Shown here one piece after another: positions 1-9,312 of a DNA stretch of 64,000 nt. Origin of the DNA: an uncultured Pseudomonadota bacterium (GTDB lineage Bacteria > Myxococcota_A > Polyangia > Fen-1088). The stretch is taken from NCBI GenBank assembly GCA_963847705.1, contig CAWKBC010000010.1, positions 1 through 64,000 on the forward strand, in the 5' to 3' direction. The notes under the pieces were generated by a model. It was not told where the DNA came from. It worked only from the letters and a program-made list of their open reading frames with translations, and searched no databases. Made by a program: the position numbers and the translations under genes. How positions within the stretch are numbered: position 1 is the first letter of the stretch; each line of letters opens with the position of its first letter.

Positions 1-74
1 GTCGGTGACGGCGCGGATTGGCCCGTCTTGTGCGAAGGTAGAGGGGCCCCCGATCCTAGAACCATGGAGGACCC

Positions 75-710
75 ATGCGCTTGACCTCTCCCGTCCGCGT
101 TCTTCCCCGCGCCTCTCTCGGCCTCGCTCTCGGCTTGGCCCTCGCCAGCGCACCCGGCGCCGCCCGGGGCCAGGAGCTGGCGCCGCCGACCGCCGCGACC
201 AGCGCGCCGAGCGGTGGCTCCGTGTCGGCGTCGGCGCCCGCCAGCAACTTCGGCGTCGCGGGCGCCTGGGTCATCTCGGTGCAGAGCTTCAACGCCGGCA
301 GCGCCACCCCGTCGTTCTTCTTCGCCAAGCAGGCGAGCGGGGGTTCGACCGTCTTCGTCCAACCGGGCTTGGACTACTTCATCGGCAACGGCATCTCCGT
401 GGGCGGCCACGTCGGGCTCGGGTATACGTCGGGGAGCCCGGCCACGACCGTCGTCAACCTCGGCGCCCGCGCCGGGTTCAATCAGGGGCTCACCGAGCAC
501 GTCAGCTTCTGGCCGACCATCGGAGTCGATGGCTCGTACATCCACAACACCGGGTCGAGCAGCACCGCGGCGCTGGAGGTCTTCGCGCCGTTTCTCTATC
601 ACGTGGCGCCGCACTTCTTCCTGGGCGCCGGCCCGTTCCTCAGCTACCTCGTGAAGGGCGGCCCGGACACGCAGTACGGGCTCGACCTCGTCATCGGCGG
701 CTGGCTCTGA
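75..710 (+). CDS. Outer-membrane beta-barrel domain protein
   Basis: GGAGG RBS; signal peptide; alternating amphipathic strands; C-terminal YGLDLVIGGWL resembles a beta-signal. Confidence 0.7.
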   Translation: MRLTSPVRVLPRASLGLALGLALASAPGAARGQELAPPTAATSAPSGGSVSASAPASNFGVAGAWVISVQSFNAGSATPSFFFAKQASGGSTVFVQPGLDYFIGNGISVGGHVGLGYTSGSPATTVVNLGARAGFNQGLTEHVSFWPTIGVDGSYIHNTGSSSTAALEVFAPFLYHVAPHFFLGAGPFLSYLVKGGPDTQYGLDLVIGGWL

Positions 711-2961
711 GTCGCGCCGCCAGGCCCGACGCGCGCGCGGCGACGTCGGCGTTGCGCACGGCCAGCGCCAGCGCCTTGCGGGTGCCGACCAGCACGACCA
801 GGCGCTTGCCGCGCGTGACGGCCGTGTAGAGCAGGTTGCGCTGCAGCATCACGTAGTGCTGGGTGTGCACCGGGATCACCACCGCCGGGTACTCCGACCC
901 CTGTGACTTGTGGACGGTGGCCGCGTAGGCCAGCACCAGCGTGTCCAGCTCGTCCAGGGTGTATTCGACCAGACGATCGTCGAAGCGGACGGCCAGCGTC
1001 TCGTCCCCCACCCCCTCGATGGTGCCGCTGTCGCCGTTCCAGACCTCTTTGTCGTAGTCGTTCTTCACCTGCATCACCCTGTCGCCGACGCGCAACGTCC
1101 GCTGGCCGCGCTCGATGCCGGCAGCCCCCGCGGTCAGGGTCTCCTGCAAGAGGCGATTGAGGTTGCCGGCCCCCAGCTCCCCCCGGTGCATCGGTGACAG
1201 CACCTGGATCTCCTGCGGCGAAAAGCCGTAGCGGCGCGGCAACCGGACGGCCACCAGGTCGCGAATCAGCGTCGCCGCCGCGGCGGGATCTTCTTCTTCC
1301 AGGAAAAAGAAGTCGCGCCGATCGGACCCGCGATCGGTGGCCGCGGCGCCCAGCTCCGGCTCGGCCCCCTCCTGAATCCGGTGCGCGTTGACGACGATGA
1401 GGCTCTCCGCCGCCTGGCGAAAGATCTCGGTGAGGCGCACCGTCGGGACGGCGCCACTGCTGATCACGTCACCCAGCACCGACCCCGGCCCGACCGAGGG
1501 GAGCTGATCGACGTCGCCCACCAGCACCAGGCGCGCCGACGACGCCAGGGCGGCCACCAGATCGGCCCCCAGACGGACATCCAGCATCGACGCCTCATCA
1601 ACAATCAGAACGTCGGCCTCGAGCGGGTTCGAGGGGCAGCGGCCGAAGGTCGCGCTGGCGGGCCGCCACTCGAGCAGCCTGTGCAGCGTGGAGGCCGGCG
1701 CGCCGGTGGCGTCGGTGAGCCGCTTGGCCGCGCGTCCCGTCGGCGCCGCCAGCGCCACGGTCAGCCCCTTGCGCTTCAGGATCGAAACGATCCCCCGCAC
1801 GATGGTGGTCTTGCCGACGCCGGGTCCGCCGGTGATGACGGCCACCTTGGCGCCGAGCGCCAGCTTGACCGCCTCGGCCTGCTGGCGCGCCAGCGCAATC
1901 CCCGCCTCGCGCTCGTACCAGGCGATCGCCTTGTCGACCTCCACGGACAGCGCCGGCGCCGGCGTGTCGAGGAGGCGCGCGAGCCCCGCGGCCAGCGCCG
2001 TCTCCGCGCGGTAGAGCAGTGTCTCGTAGATCGCCGGATCCTTCGGCTCCTCCACCACGGTGGCGTCGATCGCCACCTCGCCGGCGCGGGCCAGCCGATC
2101 GATCGCCGCGGCCAGGGCGTCTTCAGGCTGAGCGAGCAGCGCGGCGGCTTTCTGGCAGAGGCGCGCGCGCGGCACGAAGACGTGCCCGTTGCCCGACTCG
2201 TCGTCGAGCACGTGACGAACGCCGGCCTCGAGCCGCGCCGGCGCATCGCGCGCCACGCCGAGCGCCCCGGCCAGCTTGTCGGCCGAGAGAAACCCGATCC
2301 CCCATATGTCGAAAGCCAGCCGGTAGGGATTCTCGCGCACGCGCGCGATCGAGGCCGCGCCGTAGCGCTTGTAGATGCGCGCCGCGAAGGCGGGCGAGAC
2401 GCCGTACCCCTGCAGGAAGACCATCACCTCGCGCACCTGCCGCTGCGCGGCCCAGGCGTCGCGCACGGCGCGCGCCCGCGACTGGCCGATGCCGGCGACC
2501 TCGCCGATGCGCGCCGGCTCGCGGTCGAGGATCTCCAGCGTCTCGATCCCGAAACGGTCGACGATGCGCGAGGCCAGCTCGGGGCCGATCCCCTTGATGA
2601 GCCCCGAGCCGAGGTAGCGGCGCAGCCCCTCCAGGGTCGCGGGCGCGACCTCGGTGTAGTGCTCGATCCGGAACTGCGCGCCGTAGCGGGCCGTGGTCTC
2701 GAAGCGGCCGATCACGCGCAGCGACGCGCCCGCCGGGACGCCGACCAGGCCGCCCACCACGGTGATCACCTCGCCGTCGCGCTCGAGCTTCAGCCGGGCG
2801 ACCGTGAACGACCCGTCGCCGCCCGAATAGACGACCCGCTCGACCGTGCCGAGCAGCGTTTCGTCCTCGCCGGCGCGGGAGGCCCCGCCGGGCGCGGGCG
2901 CGCGACGTCGGTCGAACAAATCCACGGCCTCATGGGACCACACGGATTCCGCGCCAGCCAT
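691..2961 (-). CDS. recD2: ATP-dependent RecD-like DNA helicase (RecD2, SF1B)
   Basis: N-terminal OB/HhH region (LIKGIGP, ENPYRL), Walker A TGGPGVGKTT, IVDEASM, VGDVDQL, TVHKSQGSE, YTAVTRGK; start set at ATG 2961 (uncertain). Confidence 0.93.
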   Translation of the reverse strand: MAGAESVWSHEAVDLFDRRRAPAPGGASRAGEDETLLGTVERVVYSGGDGSFTVARLKLERDGEVITVVGGLVGVPAGASLRVIGRFETTARYGAQFRIEHYTEVAPATLEGLRRYLGSGLIKGIGPELASRIVDRFGIETLEILDREPARIGEVAGIGQSRARAVRDAWAAQRQVREVMVFLQGYGVSPAFAARIYKRYGAASIARVRENPYRLAFDIWGIGFLSADKLAGALGVARDAPARLEAGVRHVLDDESGNGHVFVPRARLCQKAAALLAQPEDALAAAIDRLARAGEVAIDATVVEEPKDPAIYETLLYRAETALAAGLARLLDTPAPALSVEVDKAIAWYEREAGIALARQQAEAVKLALGAKVAVITGGPGVGKTTIVRGIVSILKRKGLTVALAAPTGRAAKRLTDATGAPASTLHRLLEWRPASATFGRCPSNPLEADVLIVDEASMLDVRLGADLVAALASSARLVLVGDVDQLPSVGPGSVLGDVISSGAVPTVRLTEIFRQAAESLIVVNAHRIQEGAEPELGAAATDRGSDRRDFFFLEEEDPAAAATLIRDLVAVRLPRRYGFSPQEIQVLSPMHRGELGAGNLNRLLQETLTAGAAGIERGQRTLRVGDRVMQVKNDYDKEVWNGDSGTIEGVGDETLAVRFDDRLVEYTLDELDTLVLAYAATVHKSQGSEYPAVVIPVHTQHYVMLQRNLLYTAVTRGKRLVVLVGTRKALALAVRNADVAARASGLAARLRASRR

Positions 2962-2977
2962 GCTAATTTTGTCGGCG

Positions 2978-5707
2978 ATGGCGTTGCCGCCGCCCCTGCC
3001 GCCCGACGCCCGCCGGCCGCCAAGATCTCCCCCGTCCCCGCCGGCCGCGCCGCCGCCTCCCCCCGCACCACCGCCGCCCGCGGTCCCGCCGCCGTCCGCG
3101 CCGCCGGGGCCACCGCCCGGGGAGCCCGAGGCGCTCTCCGTCGAGGTGACCAACCCCTCCGACGGCGGGTTCTTCTACTGGCTGCTGCGCTTCTACGCCT
3201 TCGGCCTCTGCTGCGTGCTGGGGCTCGCCTTCCTGGGCGGCATCGGCGTCTACCTCCACTTCGCCGGCTCGCTGCCGCCCATCCCGAACCTGGCCACCTA
3301 CCACGAGGTCGCCGCCACCACGACGGTGATGCGCGGGTGGGACGGCACACCCCTGGCCGAGCTGGCCACGGAGCGGCGCGAGATCCTCCCGTTCGACAGA
3401 TTTCCGCCGCAGCTCGTGCATGCGTTTCTCGCCGCCGAGGACCGCCGGTTCTACGAGCACCAGGGACTCGACTACCGCGGGATCGCCCGCGCGCTCGGCG
3501 CCAACCTGCGCGCCGGCGAGGTGGCGCAGGGTGGCTCCACCATCACGCAGCAGGTGGCCAAGTCGTTTCTCTCCTCGGAGCGGACCATCCAGCGAAAGAT
3601 CCGCGAGGCGATCCTGGCCCGCCGCCTGGAGCGCCAGTATTCGAAGCGCGAGATCCTGACGCTCTACCTCAACCAGGTCTTCCTGGGCCACGGCGCCTAC
3701 GGCGTGGCGGCGGCGGCGCGCATCTACTTCGACAAGCCGATCGAGGATCTCGATCTCGGGGAGATGGCGCTGCTGGCCGGCCTGGTCCGCGCCCCCTCGC
3801 GCTTCTCGCCGCTCACCAGCCTCGACGCCGCGCGCACGCGCCGCGATCAGGTGCTGGCGGCGATGGTCGCCTCCGGCTATCTCACCGACGACGAGGCCAA
3901 CCGCTGGCGCGCGCGCCCGGTGATCATCCGCCAGCGCCCCGACTTCTTTCACACCGTCACCCCCTATTTCGCCGAGCAGGTCCGGCGCGACATCATCCGC
4001 CGCTACGGCGAGAAGAAGCTCTACGAAGGGGGTCTCGACATCGAGACCTCCGTGCTCCCCTGGGTCGACATCGCCGGGCAGGAGAACGTCGACTTCTCGC
4101 TGCGCAAGCTGGACAAGCGGCAAGGGTGGCGGGGGCCGGTGGTGCACCTCACCGGTGCGGCCGCCGACGAGCTCCGCCGCCGCGTCGCCGCCCACTACGG
4201 CGGCGAGCCGCCCACCGAGGGGCACCTCTACCTGGGCCTCGTCGAGGGGGCGACCGCCGACGGCAGCTACCGCGTGCGCGTCGGCAGCGGCGTCTACCTC
4301 CTGCCGTCGGCCAACATGCTGTGGGCCGTCCCCTGGAGCGCCAAGGACGCCGTCAACGACCGCAAGCTCGATTCGACGGTCGGCGTGCTGCGCACCGGGG
4401 ACGTCATCTGGGTGAAGAACGCGCACCAGTCGAAGCGCGCGCGGTTCTCCGACTGGACCTACGACAACAAGAGCGAGGTGCAGTGGCTGCCCGCCTACGA
4501 CGAGACGGCGCCGGGCAAGACGCCCAAGCGCCCGCGCACGGTCGAGCTGACCCTGGAGCAGACGCCGCGCGTGCAGGGGACGATCTTCAGCTACGACCAC
4601 AGCTCGGGCTACGTGCTGGCGATGGTGGGGGGTGACGACTACGACCGCTCGGAGTTCAACCGCGTCTCGCAGGCCTGCCGCCAGCCCGGCTCGGTCTACA
4701 AGCCGATTTACTATTCGCTGGCGCTCGATCGCGGCTACGGGTTCTCCTCGCTCTTGAACGACGTGCCGCGCGCCGAGGTCGATCCGGTGACCGGCGAGGT
4801 CTGGACGCCGACCAACCTCAACAACACCGTCGACTACCAGGTGACGCTGGAGTACGCGCTCATCTGGTCGAAGAACGTCCCCTCGGTGCAGCTGTTCAAG
4901 CTGATGGGCGGCAAGGACGTCGAGGCCTGGGCGCGCCGGCTCGGCATCACCACGCCGATCATCCCGGACCAGGCGCTGGCGCTCGGCGCGTCGTGCACGC
5001 GGATCGACGAGCTGACCCGCGCCTTCTCGGCCTTCGCGAAGGAGGGGCAGGTCATCGATCCGATCTACGTCCGCCGCGTCCGCAACCGCATCGGCGCCGT
5101 CATCGAGGACCACACCTCGATCGGCGATCCGTTCGGCACGCCGTCCGAGCGGCTCGATCGCCTGATGGTGCTGGCCGCGGCGCGCACGCCGGCGCCGGCC
5201 ATCCCGCCCCGCACCGCCTGGCTCACCTCGACGCTGCTCCGCCACGTCGTCACCCGCGGCCACGCGCCGGCGATCCGGACCGCCAACCTCCCCGCGGCCG
5301 GAAAGACGGGCACCTCGAGCGCCACGATGGACACCTGGTTCATCGGCTACACCTCACGCTGGATGACCTCGACCTGGATCGGCGACGACCTGCGCGAGCG
5401 CTCGCTCGGCCAGAAGGACGCGGCGTTCATGCTGACCGTCCCGATGTTCGCCCGCTATCTGACCGAGGTGGCGGCCAAGCAGCCGCTGGTCGATGTCCCC
5501 TGGCAGCGCCCGGCCGGCGTCAAATCCGACGACACGGGCGGCAAGCTGCGCACGACGATGGAGGAGGTCCTGGCCGACGGACAGACCGACGCCGCCACCG
5601 CCGCGCACAAGCCGCTGCGGGTGGCGCCCCGCGCCCCGACGCCGATTCCGCCCACAGCTGCAGCGCCGCGGGCGCACCTGCAGGAACCAAACAAGGCACC
5701 CCAGTAA
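2978..5707 (+). CDS. mrcA: Class A penicillin-binding protein (PBP1A family)
   Basis: TM anchor; transglycosylase motifs EDRRFYEHQG, QGGSTITQQ, RKIRE; transpeptidase SVYK, SKN, KTGT; start at ATG 2978. Confidence 0.92.
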   Translation: MALPPPLPPDARRPPRSPPSPPAAPPPPPAPPPPAVPPPSAPPGPPPGEPEALSVEVTNPSDGGFFYWLLRFYAFGLCCVLGLAFLGGIGVYLHFAGSLPPIPNLATYHEVAATTTVMRGWDGTPLAELATERREILPFDRFPPQLVHAFLAAEDRRFYEHQGLDYRGIARALGANLRAGEVAQGGSTITQQVAKSFLSSERTIQRKIREAILARRLERQYSKREILTLYLNQVFLGHGAYGVAAAARIYFDKPIEDLDLGEMALLAGLVRAPSRFSPLTSLDAARTRRDQVLAAMVASGYLTDDEANRWRARPVIIRQRPDFFHTVTPYFAEQVRRDIIRRYGEKKLYEGGLDIETSVLPWVDIAGQENVDFSLRKLDKRQGWRGPVVHLTGAAADELRRRVAAHYGGEPPTEGHLYLGLVEGATADGSYRVRVGSGVYLLPSANMLWAVPWSAKDAVNDRKLDSTVGVLRTGDVIWVKNAHQSKRARFSDWTYDNKSEVQWLPAYDETAPGKTPKRPRTVELTLEQTPRVQGTIFSYDHSSGYVLAMVGGDDYDRSEFNRVSQACRQPGSVYKPIYYSLALDRGYGFSSLLNDVPRAEVDPVTGEVWTPTNLNNTVDYQVTLEYALIWSKNVPSVQLFKLMGGKDVEAWARRLGITTPIIPDQALALGASCTRIDELTRAFSAFAKEGQVIDPIYVRRVRNRIGAVIEDHTSIGDPFGTPSERLDRLMVLAAARTPAPAIPPRTAWLTSTLLRHVVTRGHAPAIRTANLPAAGKTGTSSATMDTWFIGYTSRWMTSTWIGDDLRERSLGQKDAAFMLTVPMFARYLTEVAAKQPLVDVPWQRPAGVKSDDTGGKLRTTMEEVLADGQTDAATAAHKPLRVAPRAPTPIPPTAAAPRAHLQEPNKAPQ

Positions 5708-5740
5708 GCGCCAGCCAGCGGGCGAGCGGCGAGCGCGCCG

Positions 5741-6742
5741 CTAGCGAGAGAGGGCAATCGACGGGTCGGTGGTCGCCGGCTCGTCGCCGCCCACCACCAG
5801 ATTCGCCAGCGGCTCGTGCCCGTTGCGACCGGTCCGCGGCGCCCAGGCCGCGGCATACTGCCCGAGCCGCTCGAGGAACTCGCGCGTGCTCTTCGGCATC
5901 GGCACACGGGCGCGCGTCACGTGGGTCACCAGCGCCTTGGCCGCGGCGATCAGCTCCAGCCCCTGTGAGATCCGGAGCCGCTCGTCGACCGGGGAGCGCT
6001 GCGACCCCACCGGCTGAAACGCCAGCATCCGCTCGCCCGCGGTCACGAACATCGACCAGGCCTCGAAGATGGTCGGATCGGTGTGCAGCGTCTCGCACTT
6101 GACCTTCGCCGCACGGGCGAACTCCCCGATGGCCGGGACGATGCCGGCGAAGGCGCGGGTGCCGCCGAAGGTCTCGCAGAGCGCGTCGGCGATCCGGTCG
6201 ATGTCCCGCATGGTGACGGAGATCTTGAGGTAGCGGCTCTTGTAGAAGTCCTCGATCGGAAAGGCGAACGCCTTGAGCGGCTCGCCCCACAGCTCGTCGA
6301 TCCCCTCGTCGCCGCTGCGGTGAAGCACCAGGCGCCCCAGCGCCAGCGCCTCCTGCAGGTGATCACCGCACTCGCGCATCAGCGCGTTGTCGGGATCGAT
6401 CGCGATCCCCAGCGCCTGCAGCTCGACCGCCTTGGTCAACAGATCGCCGGCGCGGTTGAAGAGCGCCCCGGCCAGCATCGCCCCTTTGACCCGCTGCTTG
6501 GCGCGATCGGTCTCTGCGTTGAAGGCTTGCCGTGCCTCGGCCAGGCGCCGCCCGGGAATGTTGAGCCCGTGCTCGACGTGATTGAAGAGCCGCCGGGTGA
6601 GCGCCTCGATCAGCGTCTTCTTGGCGAGCAAGGTGTCGGCGGGCGCTTCATACGCCTTGATCCAGTATCCCCCGTAGAAAACCCGCCACTCCCCGTCGAT
6701 GGCCCGCTTCGCACCGTCCCGGATGCCCGCCTCGTCGTCCAT
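5741..6742 (-). CDS. Conserved-looking hypothetical cytoplasmic protein (~333 aa)
   Basis: Normal protein composition, GAGG upstream of ATG 6742; no family motif recognised. Confidence 0.7.
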   Translation of the reverse strand: MDDEAGIRDGAKRAIDGEWRVFYGGYWIKAYEAPADTLLAKKTLIEALTRRLFNHVEHGLNIPGRRLAEARQAFNAETDRAKQRVKGAMLAGALFNRAGDLLTKAVELQALGIAIDPDNALMRECGDHLQEALALGRLVLHRSGDEGIDELWGEPLKAFAFPIEDFYKSRYLKISVTMRDIDRIADALCETFGGTRAFAGIVPAIGEFARAAKVKCETLHTDPTIFEAWSMFVTAGERMLAFQPVGSQRSPVDERLRISQGLELIAAAKALVTHVTRARVPMPKSTREFLERLGQYAAAWAPRTGRNGHEPLANLVVGGDEPATTDPSIALSR

Positions 6743-6896
6743 GCCTGATCGCCTCTGGACCAAAACTGTACGCCGGGTTTTATCAAGCAGATCACCCACG
6801 TGGACAGTTGGTGAACTATTTACCTGTCTGAAATCTGGACGTAACGAAAGGCCGACGAATCGAAGCGTCGAGGTGCTCTCATGTAGGGAGATCACC

Positions 6897-9281
6897 ATGC
6901 CTTCCCTTTCGCGTTCCCATTCGCTTTCGTCTTCCCTTTGCTCACTTTATTTCGTCGCCTCCTTCGTCGCCCTCTTCGGCACCTCGTGCCTGAAGCCGGT
7001 CCAGGATCCCAACCCGGGGGGCACCGGCGGTGCTGGCCAGGCGGGCGGCACGAACGGAACCGGTTGGGGCGTCGGCTCTGGCGGCAACAACGGAACCGGC
7101 GGTGGCGGGACGACGAGCACCGGCGGTGCGACGAGCACAGGTGGCGCGACGAGCACCGGCGGCGCGACGAGCACCGGCGGCGCGACGAGCACAGGTGGTG
7201 CGACGGGCACCGGCGGCAGCGGGACCGGCGGCGGTGGCAGCGGCGGCGCGATGACCGGCGCCTGCGACGCGACCTCCTGTCCGAGCGGTTGCTGCGACGC
7301 CAGCGGCGGCTGCGTGACGGAGCAGTCGACGTCGGTGTGCGGGCGCAACGGCGCCGCCTGCGTCACCTGCGCCGACGGCCAGGCCTGCAGCGGCGGCGCC
7401 TGTGTCTGCAACGCCGGCTCCTGCGCGTCGGGATGCTGCGATTCAAACGGCCAGTGCGCGACGCCGACCAGCGCCGCGTGCGGGAAGAGCGGCGGCAGCT
7501 GCACCCCCTGCGGCGACGGACAGACCTGCGACGGGTCGGGGACCTGCGTCTGCAATGCCACCTCCTGCTCCACCGGCTGCTGCGACACGACCGGCAAGTG
7601 CGTCCGCTACGCCAGCCAGTCGACGCCCAGCTGTGGCGCGGGCGGCGCCACCTGCGCCCCTTGCGCGACCGGCCAGGCCTGCGGCGCCGCCGGCCTCTGC
7701 ACCTGCACGTCTGCCTCCTGCGCGGGCGGCTGCTGCGATGCGACCGGCAAGTGCGTCCTCACCGCGGCGCAGAGCACCAGCGCCTGCGGCGCCAACGGCG
7801 CCGCTTGCGGCACCTGCGCCTCGGGGCAGGCCTGCAGCGGCGGCGCCTGCAGCTGCGGCGGCGCGAGCTGCGCGGGCTGCTGCTCGAACGGCGCCTGCGT
7901 GACGGCCTCGAAGACCGCCTGTGGCGCCAACGGGGGCGCGTGCACGCCCTGTGGCAACCAGCAGGAGTGCAGTCCGCAAGAGCAGTGCGTGTGCGACGCC
8001 ACCTCGTGCCCGAGCGGCTGCTGCGACAAGAACGGCCAGTGCCAGACCTCCGGCACCACGACCTGTGGCATCGGCGGCGCCGCTTGCACCGCCTGCGCCA
8101 CCGGTCAGGCCTGCGGCGGCAACGGCCAGTGCGTCTGCAACGCCAGCTCCTGCAGCGGCGGCTGTTGCAACGGCACCGCCTGCGTCGCGCAGAGCGCGGA
8201 GAGCATGGGCGCCTGCGGCACCGGCGGCGCGAGTTGCGCCCCCTGCGCCACCGGCCAGGCCTGCAGCGGCGGCAAGTGCGTCTGCAACGCCAGCTCCTGC
8301 CCGAACGGCTGCTGTGATTCGAGCGGCAAGTGCCAGACCTCGAGCAACCCGACCTGCGGCACCGGCGGTGTCGCCTGCGCCGCCTGCGGGACCGGCACCA
8401 CCTGCTCGTCGGGCACGTGCGCCTGCAACGCCAGCTCCTGCGGCGGCGGCTGCTGCAACGGCACGACCTGTCTCGCCTACGCCAGCGAGTCGAACACCCT
8501 CTGCGGCAGCGGCGGCGCGACCTGCGCCCCCTGCAGCAGCGGCACGACCTGCAGCGCCGCCAACGGCACCTGCGGCTCGACCAGCGCCGGGCCTTGCACC
8601 TGGAACGGCGGCCCGTCGTCGACCAACGGAGAGATCACCTGCTACTGGTTCGGACAGGGGACGGCCAAGGGGGGCGGCTGCGGGAGCTTCAAGACCTACT
8701 GCGGCTACTGCGGGACGGAGTCGGGCAGCAACAACGGCGGGACCTGCCCCACCGGGATCACCGACGGCGTCCCCAACACCGGGACCTCGTACTTCGCCGC
8801 CTTCCCGGTCGGGACCTTCGGCCAGGGGACCTATTGCGGCATGTGCGTCGACGTCACCTGGATGGGAAAAACGATCACCGCCACCATCGTCGACGAATGC
8901 GCGACCTGCCCGACCTCCTCGCACATCGACCTGAGCCTGTCGGCGGCGGCGGCGCTGGGGCTCGGCCAGGGGACCGCCACCGGCGACGCCAAGAGCGGCG
9001 TGACCTGGAAGGCGGTCGACTGCCCGGTGACCGGCAACATCGTCGGCGTGTTCAACGGCTCGTCGCAGCAGGTCTACTTCCAGAACGTCACCTTCCCGGT
9101 GGCAAAGGCGGTCGCCGGCGGGCACACCGCCACGCAGGCGTTCGGCTACTGGGACTTCGGCAGCGCCGTGGGCGGGATGTCGGTGACCCTCACCGACAGC
9201 GTCGGGCACGTCGTCACGGGGACCATCCCTTCGTCGAGCGGGGGCAGCGTGGGCGCGCAGTTCCCCATGACTTGCCAGTGA
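6897..9281 (+). CDS. Lipoprotein: Gly/Thr linker + nine Cys-rich repeats + C-terminal expansin-like module (DPBB + CBM63-like)
   Basis: AGGGAG RBS; lipobox-like GTSC; CGMCVDV...IVDECATC...HIDLS DPBB motifs, VTWKAVDCP linker, D2 with GYWDF and VTLTD. Confidence 0.82.
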   Translation: MPSLSRSHSLSSSLCSLYFVASFVALFGTSCLKPVQDPNPGGTGGAGQAGGTNGTGWGVGSGGNNGTGGGGTTSTGGATSTGGATSTGGATSTGGATSTGGATGTGGSGTGGGGSGGAMTGACDATSCPSGCCDASGGCVTEQSTSVCGRNGAACVTCADGQACSGGACVCNAGSCASGCCDSNGQCATPTSAACGKSGGSCTPCGDGQTCDGSGTCVCNATSCSTGCCDTTGKCVRYASQSTPSCGAGGATCAPCATGQACGAAGLCTCTSASCAGGCCDATGKCVLTAAQSTSACGANGAACGTCASGQACSGGACSCGGASCAGCCSNGACVTASKTACGANGGACTPCGNQQECSPQEQCVCDATSCPSGCCDKNGQCQTSGTTTCGIGGAACTACATGQACGGNGQCVCNASSCSGGCCNGTACVAQSAESMGACGTGGASCAPCATGQACSGGKCVCNASSCPNGCCDSSGKCQTSSNPTCGTGGVACAACGTGTTCSSGTCACNASSCGGGCCNGTTCLAYASESNTLCGSGGATCAPCSSGTTCSAANGTCGSTSAGPCTWNGGPSSTNGEITCYWFGQGTAKGGGCGSFKTYCGYCGTESGSNNGGTCPTGITDGVPNTGTSYFAAFPVGTFGQGTYCGMCVDVTWMGKTITATIVDECATCPTSSHIDLSLSAAAALGLGQGTATGDAKSGVTWKAVDCPVTGNIVGVFNGSSQQVYFQNVTFPVAKAVAGGHTATQAFGYWDFGSAVGGMSVTLTDSVGHVVTGTIPSSSGGSVGAQFPMTCQ
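7111..7212 (+). repeat. 18-bp coding tandem repeat (TSTGGA, about 5 copies)
   Basis: acgagcaccggcggcgcg units. Confidence 0.85.
7263..8575 (+). repeat. Nine ~48-aa Cys-rich coding repeats, 10 Cys each
   Basis: CxxxSCxxGCC...C...CGxxGxxCxxC...C...C unit counted nine times in the translation. Confidence 0.9.
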
Positions 9282-9312
9282 CCGGTTAGTGACCGCTTCG
9301 GATCGGTGAGCC

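Noticed and set aside
1381-4635. Very long alternative ORFs (1381..4635, 24972..29300, 43196..47014, 51730..54024 and others)
   Set aside because: Antisense or off-frame shadows of well-supported genes; stop-poor because of high GC; Arg/Gly/Ala-rich with no motifs
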